Counted from the whole stretch's first letter, positions 42,503 to 54,238 are shown. The stretch: 63,744 bases of DNA, filler included, from Octopus bimaculoides (GCF_001194135.2; 8 parts of 8 records of this genome joined end to end with filler, not necessarily neighbours in it), one strand, 5' to 3'. Numbers and translations are program-made. The notes: a model not told the origin generated them from the letters alone.

Positions 42503-42849
42503 TATCAATATAGGTATCTGATGAGAAAAAAAACAAAAAAAACATGAAATAAGGTAATTTATTCATTTTCCCCATTAAAAATATTTAATTAATTCTATTT
42601 GATTTGAGGGAGCAGAAAAGGCTACAATTATAACAGGCTAAACATATACATTCTAATACATGATATTCCCTGCTGTGATAATTTGTTGGTGACATTTCAT
42701 TGTGAATGGGTTCAGGGTTCCATTTATGAGAAAGAGTTCACACAACTTACAAATTAAGAGGACACAGGCATAGAAGTGCAGTGAAGAAGTAGTTTGTTCC
42801 ATAATACCATGATTCCAGCTGTTGCAAGAATTTCAGCAGGAAATTTGCA

Positions 42850-45020
42850 GAAATTTTGGCATAGCATCTTCACATAAGAGATCAGGGGACTCTGTCAAAG
42901 GCTTTCTCCATGTTGACAAAAACCAAGTACAGAGGTTTATTACTGGCTAAATACTTATGAAGTTGTCTAACTAGGAATACAGCATCAGTCATGCTTCTAC
43001 TTGGCACAAATACAAACTGCATCTCATCTACGCTAATCCTCTTCCTGTGACTTTCATTACCTGGTCTAGTAATGTGATGCCTCTGTAATTATTTCTGTAT
43101 AGAGTATCACCTTTGCTTTGTAGCAGCTGTCTATAACGCTGCTGCACTAATCGTTGGGTATGACTCCCTCATGGACAACCTGATTAACTATATGGGTGAC
43201 TAGGCCATATCCCATTCCGCCTGATATTTTAAGCATCTCAACAGTGATTCCTGATGGGACAGGGGATTTCCCTGTCTTCATATTTTTCATTGCTTTATCT
43301 ACCAAAATACTGTCAATTCGGATAGCCGGTCCCTCAGCTGTTTCTAAATTAGGCAAACTCTCCTTCTCCCATGCATTCTCTATATTTAGCAGCCTTTCAT
43401 AATGGCATTTCCAAACCTATTTCTTTGCAGAATCACTAAATGCAAGTGAACCATCATCCATGCAAACACATTTCTCTTCTATGACATCACGATTTTCTCT
43501 CACACACTGTCTCGCAATCTGAAACACTTCAAGCCTCCGGTTCTCACACCACAGAACATAGGCAAACTTCTTTTCTGCTTCTTCTCTGGCTAAATATACC
43601 TCATAGCCTCCCTTTTGACTATCTGATACAGTTCCCTGCCACCACCACACTTCCAAGCCTGTTCTTTTTCTCTAATAACTGAGTCAACACTATTCCACCA
43701 CCATGTTACCTTAGGTCAAGAACAGACTTTGCACCAGCTGCAAATTTGTTCAGTGACCCTCAAAAGGTTGTCCCATAGGAATCTCCACATTATGTCACTA
43801 TATCTTCATCTTTTTCATCAAATCCTTCAAGTAATACATCTCTAAATCTCTGACCATTCAGAGGATCCTTAAACTTCCAGACCTTTCTTTTCCACAGTGG
43901 TTGTCTTCTGGGCAGCCTTTTAGCCCTGATTCTGAAGCCACAAATGACTAACCTACGTTGTGGGGTGCATTCTTCACCTGGGAAAGTTTTGACATTTATA
44001 AGCAGACAACTTACTCGTTTTCTAGCAAGAATGTAGTCAATCTGGCTAGTGTGCCCACCAGATTGATAGGTAAACAGATGACTAGCAAGTTTCCTGAAGT
44101 TAGTATTACAGATCATAAGGTCATTTGCTTCACAGAACTCCAGCAGCCTGGTTCCCTCCTTATTACAGGAACCAAACCCATTGCTGCCATCCATGCCATG
44201 GAAGCCACCCAAATGTTATTTTTTTACTACCCACAACGGGCTACACACAGAGGGGACAAACAAGGACAGACAAACGGATTAAGTCGATTACATCGACCCC
44301 AGTGCGTAACTGGTACTTATTTAATCGACCCCGAAAGGATGAAAGGCAAAGTCGACATCGGCGGAATTTGAACTCAGAACGTAGCGGCAGACAAAATACC
44401 ACTAAGCATTTCGCCCGGCATGCTAACGTTTCTGCCAGCTCGCCACTCAAATGTTGCCCAGCATGTCCATTGATGTCACCGTCATTTGTCAATGAGGTAG
44501 TCTACAAAAGGGTGTCTTAAAATCGGTCATTCTGTTAATCAGGTAGTCCCGATTTGCAAAACTAGTCTAAGCTTAGGTATTCTATCACACTCTGACTACC
44601 TCAATTACCTTTTCAGCCCATTTTTCAGCAAAAAGTATGCCCACACCCTCAACCCCATTACTATTCTCTACCCAGAATATTTTATACCTATACTCTTTGT
44701 CTGTGTGGAACCTGGTAGAACCTCCTCTCCACCTTACTTCTTGTATGCAACACACATCTACAAGCCTCTGTTCAAGCATCTCAACAGACCTACCTTTCCA
44801 TGTGCCCACATTGAGTGTACCAACTCTAAGAGTGTGGAAGGTGTGGGCCAGGGGGGACACAGGAATGGGGGACAGCATTCTGCATTTGGAATGAAAGCTT
44901 GCATATACATTTCCCAGACATATCATATAAGTTCAAATATGCTTCAGCCTGCATTTACTTCACCATCATTCATTCTTTTCACACTTTCCACATTTACAAG
45001 GAGACAGACCACTAGATAGA
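42850..45020 (-). mobile_element. Decayed RTE LINE (APE endonuclease to start of RT) in intron 1 of the LYR gene
   Basis: LRVGTLNVGT...VDVCCIQEVRWRG, GDINGHAG, RLLEFCEANDLMICNTNF, SQIDYIL, EGPAIRIDS; interrupted by a SINE at 44218-44445. Confidence 0.9.
44218..44445 (-). mobile_element. Young SINE family A copy with 14-bp target-site duplication
   Basis: Flanks gccacccaaatgtt (44204-44217) and gccactcaaatgtt (44442-44455); CpGs intact. Confidence 0.9.
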
Positions 45021-47238
45021 GGTGGAAGAGAGACAGCACTCAGTATAGGTTCCAGTAGAGGTGCAAGGAGAAAGACTTCTGGTATAGGTGGGAGGAAGGG
45101 TTAAGCAGGTGCACCACAAACAACCAAGCAGCATGGCTGCCCCAAGCCAAAGGTCTAAGGCCATATAAAATATACAAACAAAGTGAAGAGGTGGGGAAAA
45201 AGCATATTTCCACTAGGACTGCTTAACATAGCTACTATTTAATATATAGTATGGAAACAAAGATTTTAGACATAATGTGAGCGAGATGAAATTTTTGAGA
45301 ATTAAGGCTAGGAAGGAAAAACTGAATTGCTTAATTGAACATAAGGATTACTTAACTTTACTGTTTAACATAAAGCAAGGAAATAAACAAGGTTTTATAA
45401 ATAATATGAGTGATATAAAGTGAGGTGAGAAGTAAAACTAGGAAGGAAAAACAAAGTTGCTTATCTGAATATTTCTTCTTTCATCATCATCATCATCATC
45501 GTTTAACGTCCGCCTTCCATGCTAGCATGGGTTGGACGATTTGACTGAGGACTGGTGAAACCGGATGGCAACACCAGGCTCCAATCTAATTTGGCAGAGT
45601 TTCTACAGCTGGATGCCCTTCCTAACGCCAACCACTCAGAGAGTGTAGTGGGTGCTTTTACGTGTCACCCGCACGCACGAAATGAGGTAGAACCTTAATG
45701 AAGCTAACTCACAAGGATGTAAGTAGTGCCCTCTTGCTGAGGTTAAAACGGGTAACAGGAGTCACAAACAAAAAATGCAGCATGGGTGTCCCATACCAAA
45801 TTTATAAGGCCATATGAAATATCCAAACAAAATGAAAAGGAAAAAAAAATCACATTTTCACTAGGATCACTTAACATAGCTACTATTTAATATATAGCAT
45901 ATATATATGGATCATTTGTAGAAATACATAGATCCAGAGGAGAAGCATACTCTAAGATGTAGAGCAGTTAATATTATATTGGGGTAGGCTGGTTTATGGG
46001 GATACCCTGGGTTTCTTGCTCATATGTGGTTTAGCCTTATGGCATGTCTCCAGACCCCAAACAATGCTGGCCTGAGGCCTCTTTAAAATATGTATGTATG
46101 TATGTATGTAGTAAAATAAGGATTCACACAGGGGTCTGAAGATACGCCATAAGGCTAAACCCCTTATGAGCGAGAAACCCAAGGTAACCCCATAAACCGG
46201 CCTACCCCAATATAATATATATATGTATATGTATATATGTATACACACATACACATATATATAATTAATGGTAGTCTCTCAAGTCCTAGAAAGACAGTTC
46301 TGCAATTTTTTCTTAAACAACCTGCAGAAACAATTTGTTTATAGTGATCAAATGTTGCACCTAAGCCCACTCCCTCTATCAAATCAACATTGCCTGCACA
46401 GGTGCATAGTGTGAAACATGTCAGGTACCAAAGTAATCACAGAGCAACATGAGATAAAGTGTTTTGTTCAAGAATACAATGAGTCAGTCAGTCCAGGAAT
46501 CAAACACACAGGATAATAGCAGACAACAGTATCTATAATGAATGGTGGCCATCACAATCCCATATTTCTAAGACCCCAGTATCTATTTTTTTAATGGTAG
46601 GATACAACTTGAAAGGAATTTTTCTACTATTTCTAGCAAGTGAAGAGACTTGTAGTGACTTCTTTATTTGAATATATGTAAATAGGAATGGACAATAGAT
46701 TGGATAATGTGTACTTAATTGTCTCATTCTCAGCCCAATCTTATTTTTTAACTGACATCCAGTAATTAATGAATAAATATGAGTGAATGTAATCAAGGCT
46801 AAAAGTAATCTTTCCTGTAATTAAGTGATTATTTTGTTTCTTCTTTTGTAATGTCTTAATCTGACTTTCACACACAAAATAACAAAAAATTATTTTTAAA
46901 CTGGCTCGGCAACAGTGAAATTGTGTGTGTGAGAGAGAGAGAGACAGACAGACAGAGACAGTGAGTGAGTGTATGTTTCTGCATATTTGCACGTAATAAT
47001 GTTTAGCTATGTATCAATATGTTTGCCAAGCACAATTAATAGTAAAGGTAGGCAAAGTAGTGAATGCCTGATTGAAACTGTAGATATTAAATGTAAAACT
47101 TTATAAAGTAGACAATTTTCATCCTATTTGGTGAATTTCATATATGCAAGCTAAGTGAAAATTAAACATTTTTTTATAGTGATAGGTTAATATAAGATAG
47201 GATCATGATGGGTAGAATGTCCTTAATAATAGGCTTAC

Positions 47239-47340
47239 TAATCGCAGGTGTGGGTGGTATAAACATGGAGAGAAACGATTTGAGCGCTGCAGTTTCTACA
47301 ATGGCTCTTTTGGAGATGTAGTATGTCGGAGGAAAGATGA
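47239..47340 (-). other. Probable first (5' UTR) exon and CpG-containing promoter region of the LYR gene
   Basis: Minus-strand donor gcgatta|gtaagc at 47238. CpG-retaining patch sits exactly where the CpG-depleted domain ends. 5' boundary is uncertain. Confidence 0.45.
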
Positions 47341-47749
47341 GAGAGAGAGAGAGATACAGACAGATAGTTAGCGAGAGAGAGAGTGACTGCTAGAAAGTGA
47401 GAGGGTGAGAGACAAGCAGAAAAGGGGAGATGAGACAAGTTCATATCGATAGTAAAACATTGAAATGAAATTGAAATATTTAAAATAGAGTTGTCTCCCG
47501 TGTAAATACATACGAAGAACCAATAAAATATAAAATTTATTCAACTGATATCGAAAAATATTTGCTGGTTATTTTCTGATTTTTTTTTTTTTTTTTTTTG
47601 TAATTATGAATATTGCAATACTTTTAAAATCTGTGGAGCTTTGCATCAAAGCCAGTTATCCACTATACAGAATATAAACATGAGTTTTGTACAGAATAAA
47701 TGGTACGAAATCAATTTGCAACATAGGGGCCTCCAACAAATCTTAACAA

Positions 47750-47931
47750 TAGAGTTCTATATTTAAGAGATGAGGAATTATGTACATCATTTACATTCGA
47801 GGGATATTTGTCCTCAACTTGTTTGTTGTTAACACAACGTTTCGGCTGATATACCCTCCAGCCTTCATCAGGTGTCTTGGGGAAATTTCGAACCTGGGTT
47901 CTCATTCCTAAGGTATTTTTCGATGCTATTA

Positions 47932-47976
<45 letters not shown>

Positions 47977-48044
47977 TCACTGCCTGGAATCGAACTCGGA
48001 ATCTTGGGGTTAGTAGCCCGCGCTCTTAACCACTACGCCATATG
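47750..48044 (-). mobile_element. tRNA-headed short element with (AAT)n spacer and hammerhead-containing tail
   Basis: Head tggcgtagtgg (A box)...gagttcgattcc (B box), (AAT)n, then a body containing CTGATGA...GAAAC. Confidence 0.7.
47831..47876 (-). ncRNA. Minimal type I hammerhead ribozyme motif
   Basis: GACAC-CUGAUGA-A-GGCUG-gaggguauau-CAGCC-GAAA-CG-UU-GUGUU: complete core, 5-bp stem II, 4-5-bp stem I, palindromic ACGU stem III. Activity not shown. Confidence 0.65.
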
Positions 48045-48293
48045 ACATCAGGACAGCATTCAAGAGTAATACAACACTTCGCAAATATCTCCTTCGGGTA
48101 AAAACCACCAGTAGAAGAGAATATGACCAAAAACTGCGTGTACTCCATCCCATGCAGCTGTGGTAGGTTATACAAAGGTGAAACATGTAGCCCCCTCAAA
48201 ATAAGGGTAGAGGAACATCGCAAAGCTGTGACACGAGGAGATATTGATAAATCGGGTATAGCTGATCATGTATGGAAAAATAGAGACCACCTT
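48045..48293 (+). mobile_element. Penelope-like element, GIY-YIG endonuclease fragment
   Basis: CVYSIPCSCGRLYKGETCSPLKIRVEEH...SGIADH matches the PLE GIY-YIG pattern (VY.IPC.CG..Y.GET...L..R..EH); runs into a gap. Confidence 0.85.
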
Positions 48294-48774
48294 NNNNNNN
48301 NNNNNNNNNNNNNNNNNNNNNNNNNNNNNNNNNNNNNTTAATTAATTAANNNNNNNNNNNNNNNNNNNNNNNNNNNNNNNNNNNNNNNNNNNNTTGTTCT
48401 GATTCTCAGAGACATGATTTTAGATTTGGCTTTCCTCATTTTAAGTTCTGTAAAAAGATTTCGAGTCAAAGTAGGGTATCGGTGTAACTTGATGCTTTGC
48501 GTTTCTAATAACAACAGTTCACATTCTAATTTCAAATCCGAGCATGCCCGTCTACGCTGAAAGAATTAAGCCGTCACCTGGTATAATGGCACCACCTGAC
48601 AGTTTTGATGCCATTAGTGGAGCAGAATTTCCTTATTTGAAACTCGTCTCCAGTTTGGTGATAATTCTCTTCGACTGTCTCATCATCTTGGAAGACCCGG
48701 TAAAGATTGAGCGCAATTGATCTTCCTCTTTATTAAAATATAATGGAACTCTAGAATTCTTATGAATTAACATG

Positions 48775-48977
48775 TCATGAGGAAACTAAAACGGTCACTT
48801 TCTTTCTTGTAAAGAAGACGACAGTTATGACTAGAGAGTTCCTTCCATCACAAGCCTCAGCACCACAGTATTGTTCGACTTTGTCTCCATAAGACTTAGA
48901 TATACACACAATAAGTAGAAAACAAATATCTCTTGTAGAGTTTCCATAAATCAAGCTAAAATGATTAAAGGATTCAG
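48775..48977 (-). CDS. Putative terminal coding exon of an unidentified protein
   Basis: Acceptor ttctctgtctacttcccactgtcag|CT GAA; phase 1 matches the donor at 49227; 66 codons ESFNH...VLVSS then TGA. Confidence 0.6.
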
Positions 48978-49226
48978 CTGACAGTGGGAAGTAGACAGAG
49001 AACATTATAAATAAAATTACAAGACACATTATTTTGACTTAAGAAAAAATTGAAAATGTGTGTGTGTGTTTGTATTTGTGTGTTTGCGTTTGTGTGTTTT
49101 TGAGTATCCTTAATATTATTCAATTCTTATTAAGATGCTGATGACGACGACGACGACAGCGTATGTGATAATGGTGATGATGGTGATTGTGTTGGCTAAA
49201 AACATGGCAAGAAACGTACGACTTAC

Positions 49227-49384
49227 TTTCACCAATCAATTCCATCTCATCTTGCTTAATCCCCAAATTACGCAATGTCTTTGATGAGTTAAGAGTTTCA
49301 AAAATTTGTTTGAAAACTTCATCTTTAGTAACATTATCAGGTACAGAGCAATTAATACTAAATACGTCTTTCAGTTCCTCTAAT
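49227..49384 (-). CDS. Internal coding exon of the same unidentified protein
   Basis: ttctatttcag|A TTA GAG...GGT GAA A|gtaagt; 158 nt, open frame LEELKDVFSINCSVPDNVTKDEVFKQIFETLNSSKTLRNLGIKQDEMELIGE. Confidence 0.7.
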
Positions 49385-50220
49385 CTGAAATAGAATATTA
49401 AAAAGCGATTAAAATAATATAATTATTTTCAACAATATCTACCACATTATTTCATGNNNNNNNNNNNNNNNNNNNNNNNNNNNNNNNNNNNNNNNNNNNN
49501 NNNNNNNNNNNNNNNNNNNNNNNNNNNNNNNNNNNNNNNNNNNNNNNNNNNNNNNNNNNNNNNNNNNNNNNNNNNNNNNNNNNNNNNNNNNNNNNNNNNN
49601 NNNNNNNNNNNNNNNNNNNNNNNNNNNNNNNNNNNNNNNNNNNNNNNNNNNNNNNNNNNNNNNNNNNNNNNNNNNNNNNNNNNNNNNNNNNNNNNNNNNN
49701 NNNNNNNNNNNNNNNNNNNNNNNNNNNNNNNNNNNNNNNNNNNNNNNNNNNNNNNNNNNNNNNNNNNNNNNNNNNNNNNNNNNNNNNNNNNNNNNNNNNN
49801 NNNNNNNNNNNNNNNNNNNNNNNNNNNNNNNNNNNNNNNNNNNNNNNNNNNNNNNNNNNNNNNNNNNNNNNNNNNNNNNNNNNNNNNNNNNNNNNNNNNN
49901 NNNNNNNNNNNNNNNNNNNNNNNNNNNNNNNNNNNNNNNNNNNNNNNNNNNNNNNNNNNNNNNNNNNNNNNNNNNNNNNNNNNNNNNNNNNNNNNNNNNN
50001 NNNNNNNNNNNNNNNNNNNNNNNNNNNNNNNNNNNNNNNNNNNNNNNNNNNNNNNNNNNNNNNNNNNNNNNNNNNNNNNNNNNNNNNNNNNNNNNNNNNN
50101 NNNNNNNNNNNNNNNNNNNNNNNNNNNNNNNNNNNNNNNNNNNNNNNNNNTATATATATATATATATATATAAAACAGAGAAGATAAAAATCATATATAA
50201 AAATAAAAATAAAAATACAA

Positions 50221-50266
<46 letters not shown>

Positions 50267-51256
50267 GTGTGTGTGTGCGTGTGTGTGTGTGTGTGTTTGT
50301 GTGCGTGTGTATATATAACGACTATCAAGAAGGTATGTACAATCGGCTAAACATTTTAAAGCGTGTCATGCGAATAAAACCCTAAATAAAATATCAGTCA
50401 AGTAAAAAATATGTTTTACTCTCCACAATTAAAAATATGTCAAAAAAGTTCATTTCATAAAAATGTTCTATTCAAAAAGCATAAGTAATGCTGGTATTAG
50501 TAATAGGGATTTTGTGTGTTTCTGGAAAGTCCTGTAATTGTAGAAACCCTCGGTCATGTCCTGTTGACAGATTCTGTCTGACTACTGATACTATATATAT
50601 GCGTTGTTAAAGAGGAGGGTAATTTAGATAGATTTTACATAGTCAGTATTGTCAATTTTAAGGTGACATGTAGGACCCATATGAATTGAAATGCTACATT
50701 GAGGTCGGTAGTTAAAACAATTGCTAAAAGCTTAGTGCCTAGTGTTGATTTTGTTGTTTTGCCTATGGGCTGTGACATTTATTTGCTTTTTCTCCCAGTT
50801 AGGGGCGAAAATGGAATGAGTAAAACGGTGCAGACGCCCAAGGCTGCTAGGGCCGGGACCTACGCTTCTGCAGTCAGTTAGCAAAAGAACGCTGCCACCG
50901 TCAACCTCGAAATTGAGGAAGCAGTGTTAGTTGAATTCATAGTAGAGAAAAGCAAATAGTTAATACAGTGGGAGGGATTAAAGTTAAAGTGACTCCTCCT
51001 GAAGAGATTACCAATTTGGAACGGTAGAAATTTGTGATATAAAGAACCACGTCACTGAAAAGGAAAAAGATTGAAATAGCACGTGAGGAGGCAATTAAAA
51101 TCGCTTCCAAGTAATAATGAACAACATAACATCCTTCAATAGAGGAAGGAGGCTCGNNNNNNNNNNNNNNNNNNNNNNNNNNNNNNNNNNNNNNNNNNNN
51201 TTAATTAATTAANNNNNNNNNNNNNNNNNNNNNNNNNNNNNNNNNNNNNNNNNNNN

Positions 51257-51289
<33 letters not shown>

Positions 51290-52134
51290 AGTCAAACTAT
51301 CTCTGAGTTTCTTCTCTTCCTCTCTCAATTTCCATACATAAACAACACATACACACATCACACATGCATAAATATAGATACATGCTCACATACATACGTA
51401 TACATACAATCATATATACATGCACACATGCATGCATACATAAAACATGCATGTACACACACATACACACATATATATATATGCATATATATACATTAAT
51501 ACATACATACATACATACATACATACATACATACATACATACATACATACACACACGTGTGTGGCGGGCTTCACTCTGAACTATGAAACTCTACTCAATA
51601 AAGTTTAATAATCGCACATGTAGATAAAATAAACTCAGACCAAAGTTGTTTTTTCTCTTCGCACTTTTTCTGTCTATTTGTCTGTCTTTCTGCCGGTCTG
51701 TCTAGCAATGTTTGTTGTAATTACGTATTTTTTTCCAACAAGCTTAACAATGTAAACACTTGAAAAACTACAAAGTTTCCAAATTATTTAGTTCAAATTA
51801 CATTATACGTGCATATGAGTGGCCGGCTAGGCTGTGTAGCATAGAAGTTTCTTTCTAAACCACATAGTTTCAGGTTCGGTCCTAATGTGAAGCACCTTGG
51901 TCAAATGTCTTCTACTATAGAAGCCAGAACCTTCAGCAAAATTTGTTGATGGACACTGAGAGAAGCCCGCTACATACATGTATGCATGTATGTATGTATG
52001 TATGTATGTATGTATGTATGTATGTATGTATGTATGTGTGTGTGCGTGCATACATGTTAATATAAATTTATGTATGTATGTACGCATTTATATGTGCGTG
52101 TGTGTGTGTGCACGCGTTTGTATGTATGCAAGGG

Positions 52135-53230
52135 ACGTTGTAGTCGAAGGAGTAAAATCAAGCCCAGTAGTGGTGTTCCACAAGGCACTGTGTTGGGACC
52201 ACTTCTTTTCATAAGCTACATCAATGACATTACTAACATTATCAAGCACAGTAACTTAAGGATATTTTCAGATGATTCCAAGATCCAGAAGATTATCAAT
52301 AAAGTGGAGGACCGGGCATACTTTTATTCAGATCTACTGGCTGTCATCCAATGAGCGGAAAAGAATATGCTGTTGAACGAGGACAAATTTGAGTTAATCC
52401 ACTTCGGAAAAGAGGACACCCTGAAACTCCCATACTTCCTTCCTTCAGGTGAAACTCTCATGGCATCCAACAACATCAGAGACTTGGGAGTAATTGTGGA
52501 CAACAACATAAGCTGGGCTGCTGATATAAACAGACAGTAAAGTTGACATGGCCCGCAGCATGTGTTCCTGGATCCTCAGAACTTTTCAGTCGAGAGATAT
52601 CCACACCATTATTCTCCTTTTCTCCACTTGTGCCTGACCTCACCTTGAATATTGTTGTCTACTGTGATCTCCCCACACGAAACAAAGTATCATGAAAATC
52701 GAAGCACCTCAAAGGTCAATTGCAAAAAAATGATAGATGAGGTGACAGGCCTTGGCTATTGGGGTCAACTAGAGAAGCTCAGGCTTCTCCAATGCCGCTG
52801 TGAGCACTACGTCATCTTCATGATGTGGAAAATATTCCATCAGCATTGCCTAAATGATGTTGACATCGCCTTTAAGATACACCCAGACTTGAACCCCGTG
52901 CTCTCCGCCCACAACATAAATCATACTCGCTTCCCATAACGACAATACGGCACAATTATTTCACCTCAATTGGCCCCACTCTCCTTAACGTTACAGCAAA
53001 CCACATTAAAGCAGAAACAGACCCCATAAAGTTCAAGAAGTCTTATGACAAACTCCTTCAAAAAATCCCAGATAAACCCCCAACACTCGGATCTGTCTCC
53101 CTAAACAAAAACCCTCTACTTGAGTGTACCACGTTGCCCGATTCCTGATTTGAATGACTTTGCTAGGTGGTGCTATTAAGTTAGACATAGCCTGGGCCAA
53201 TACTGACTGAAACCTATCAAAGTATCAAAG

Positions 53231-53232
<2 letters not shown>
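52135..53232 (+). mobile_element. 5'-truncated CR1/L2-clade LINE, decayed
   Basis: SGVPQGTVLGPLLF...IFSDDSKI...LNEDKFELIHFG...RDLGVIVD; ends in a short (AAGTATC)n tail. Confidence 0.88.
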
Positions 53233-53329
<97 letters not shown>

Positions 53330-53804
53330 CTATACGCATACTAATTCCTCACGCAAATACGTAGCCAAACACAAACATACACAAGCTGATTCACATATTT
53401 TATCTTCTTTATATATTTTTCACCGATTTTTACCGAAGAATCAAATGAAACTGAAATTCTAAAATTAAAATGTTATCTCTGTCATACATTAATTCAGTTG
53501 TGTAGTGGTGGTGGTGGTGGTGGTGGTTTTGAAATCTATCTCTGTGGAACGGTCTGAGGTCCAATCTCGTGGTTTGGCATCATTTCATCTTTTTGTTTAC
53601 TAATGGACTTGGGACTGCAATTGTGTTATTACTGATAGGTCTACACACAGATGTGTGTGTCTGTGCATGCGTGCAATTGTATATAGATATAAATATAGAT
53701 ATATGTGTGTTTGTGTGTTTGCACATGTGTACTTGTATGTATGTATGTGTGTGTGTATATATGTGTGTGTGTAAGTATATGTGTATGTATATATATATAT
53801 ATAT

Positions 53805-53836
<32 letters not shown>

Positions 53837-53891
53837 ATCTGTACGTATATATATACGTTGATATGCATATTTGTATGTATACACTGAAGCA

Positions 53892-53932
53892 TATATATAT
53901 AACCGACCAATTCAAAAACGGTATCATTCCAC
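53892..53932 (+). promoter_or_regulatory. Candidate TATA box plus Inr (TCATT)
   Basis: tatataa ending about 53902 and 'tatcattcc' about 25-30 nt downstream, 55 nt before the ATG at 53981. The TATA abuts a TA-rich repeat, so it may be fortuitous. Confidence 0.35.
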
Positions 53933-53980
53933 TCGGTGGAACTGCTATGGGACGGAGACTAATCTGTACTAGTGATTAAC

Positions 53981-54038
53981 ATGGATTACTTTGCTGTTAT
54001 CCTTGTTCTTGCTGTTGTTGTTTCTGGTGGACAAGCAG
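53981..54038 (+). CDS. Candidate signal-peptide first exon MDYFAVILVLAVVVSGGQA|G
   Basis: 19 codons with a hydrophobic core and small residues at -3/-1, followed by phase-1 donor CAG|gtaaaa. Confidence 0.55.
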
Positions 54039-54194
54039 GTAAAAATCCTTTCCTTATTTGTTATTCTTCTCGTTTGACCCTTGTCAATTGTACCTGTATT
54101 TTTTTTTATGGGTATATATTCATGTGCTGCTCTCTCCCTCTGACTGGCCAGCCATGTATCTCCCCTAAAGCAACACACCTGATCCTTACCTCAA

Positions 54195-54238
<44 letters not shown>

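Noticed and set aside
47975-48044. tRNA-like sequence
   Set aside because: Has A/B boxes but no convincing acceptor stem, and runs into repeat body; treated as a SINE-type head, not a tRNA gene.
48978-49029. Apparent signal peptide MCLVILFIMFSVYFPLS
   Set aside because: It is the translated polypyrimidine tract of the acceptor at 48977 and is better explained as intron.
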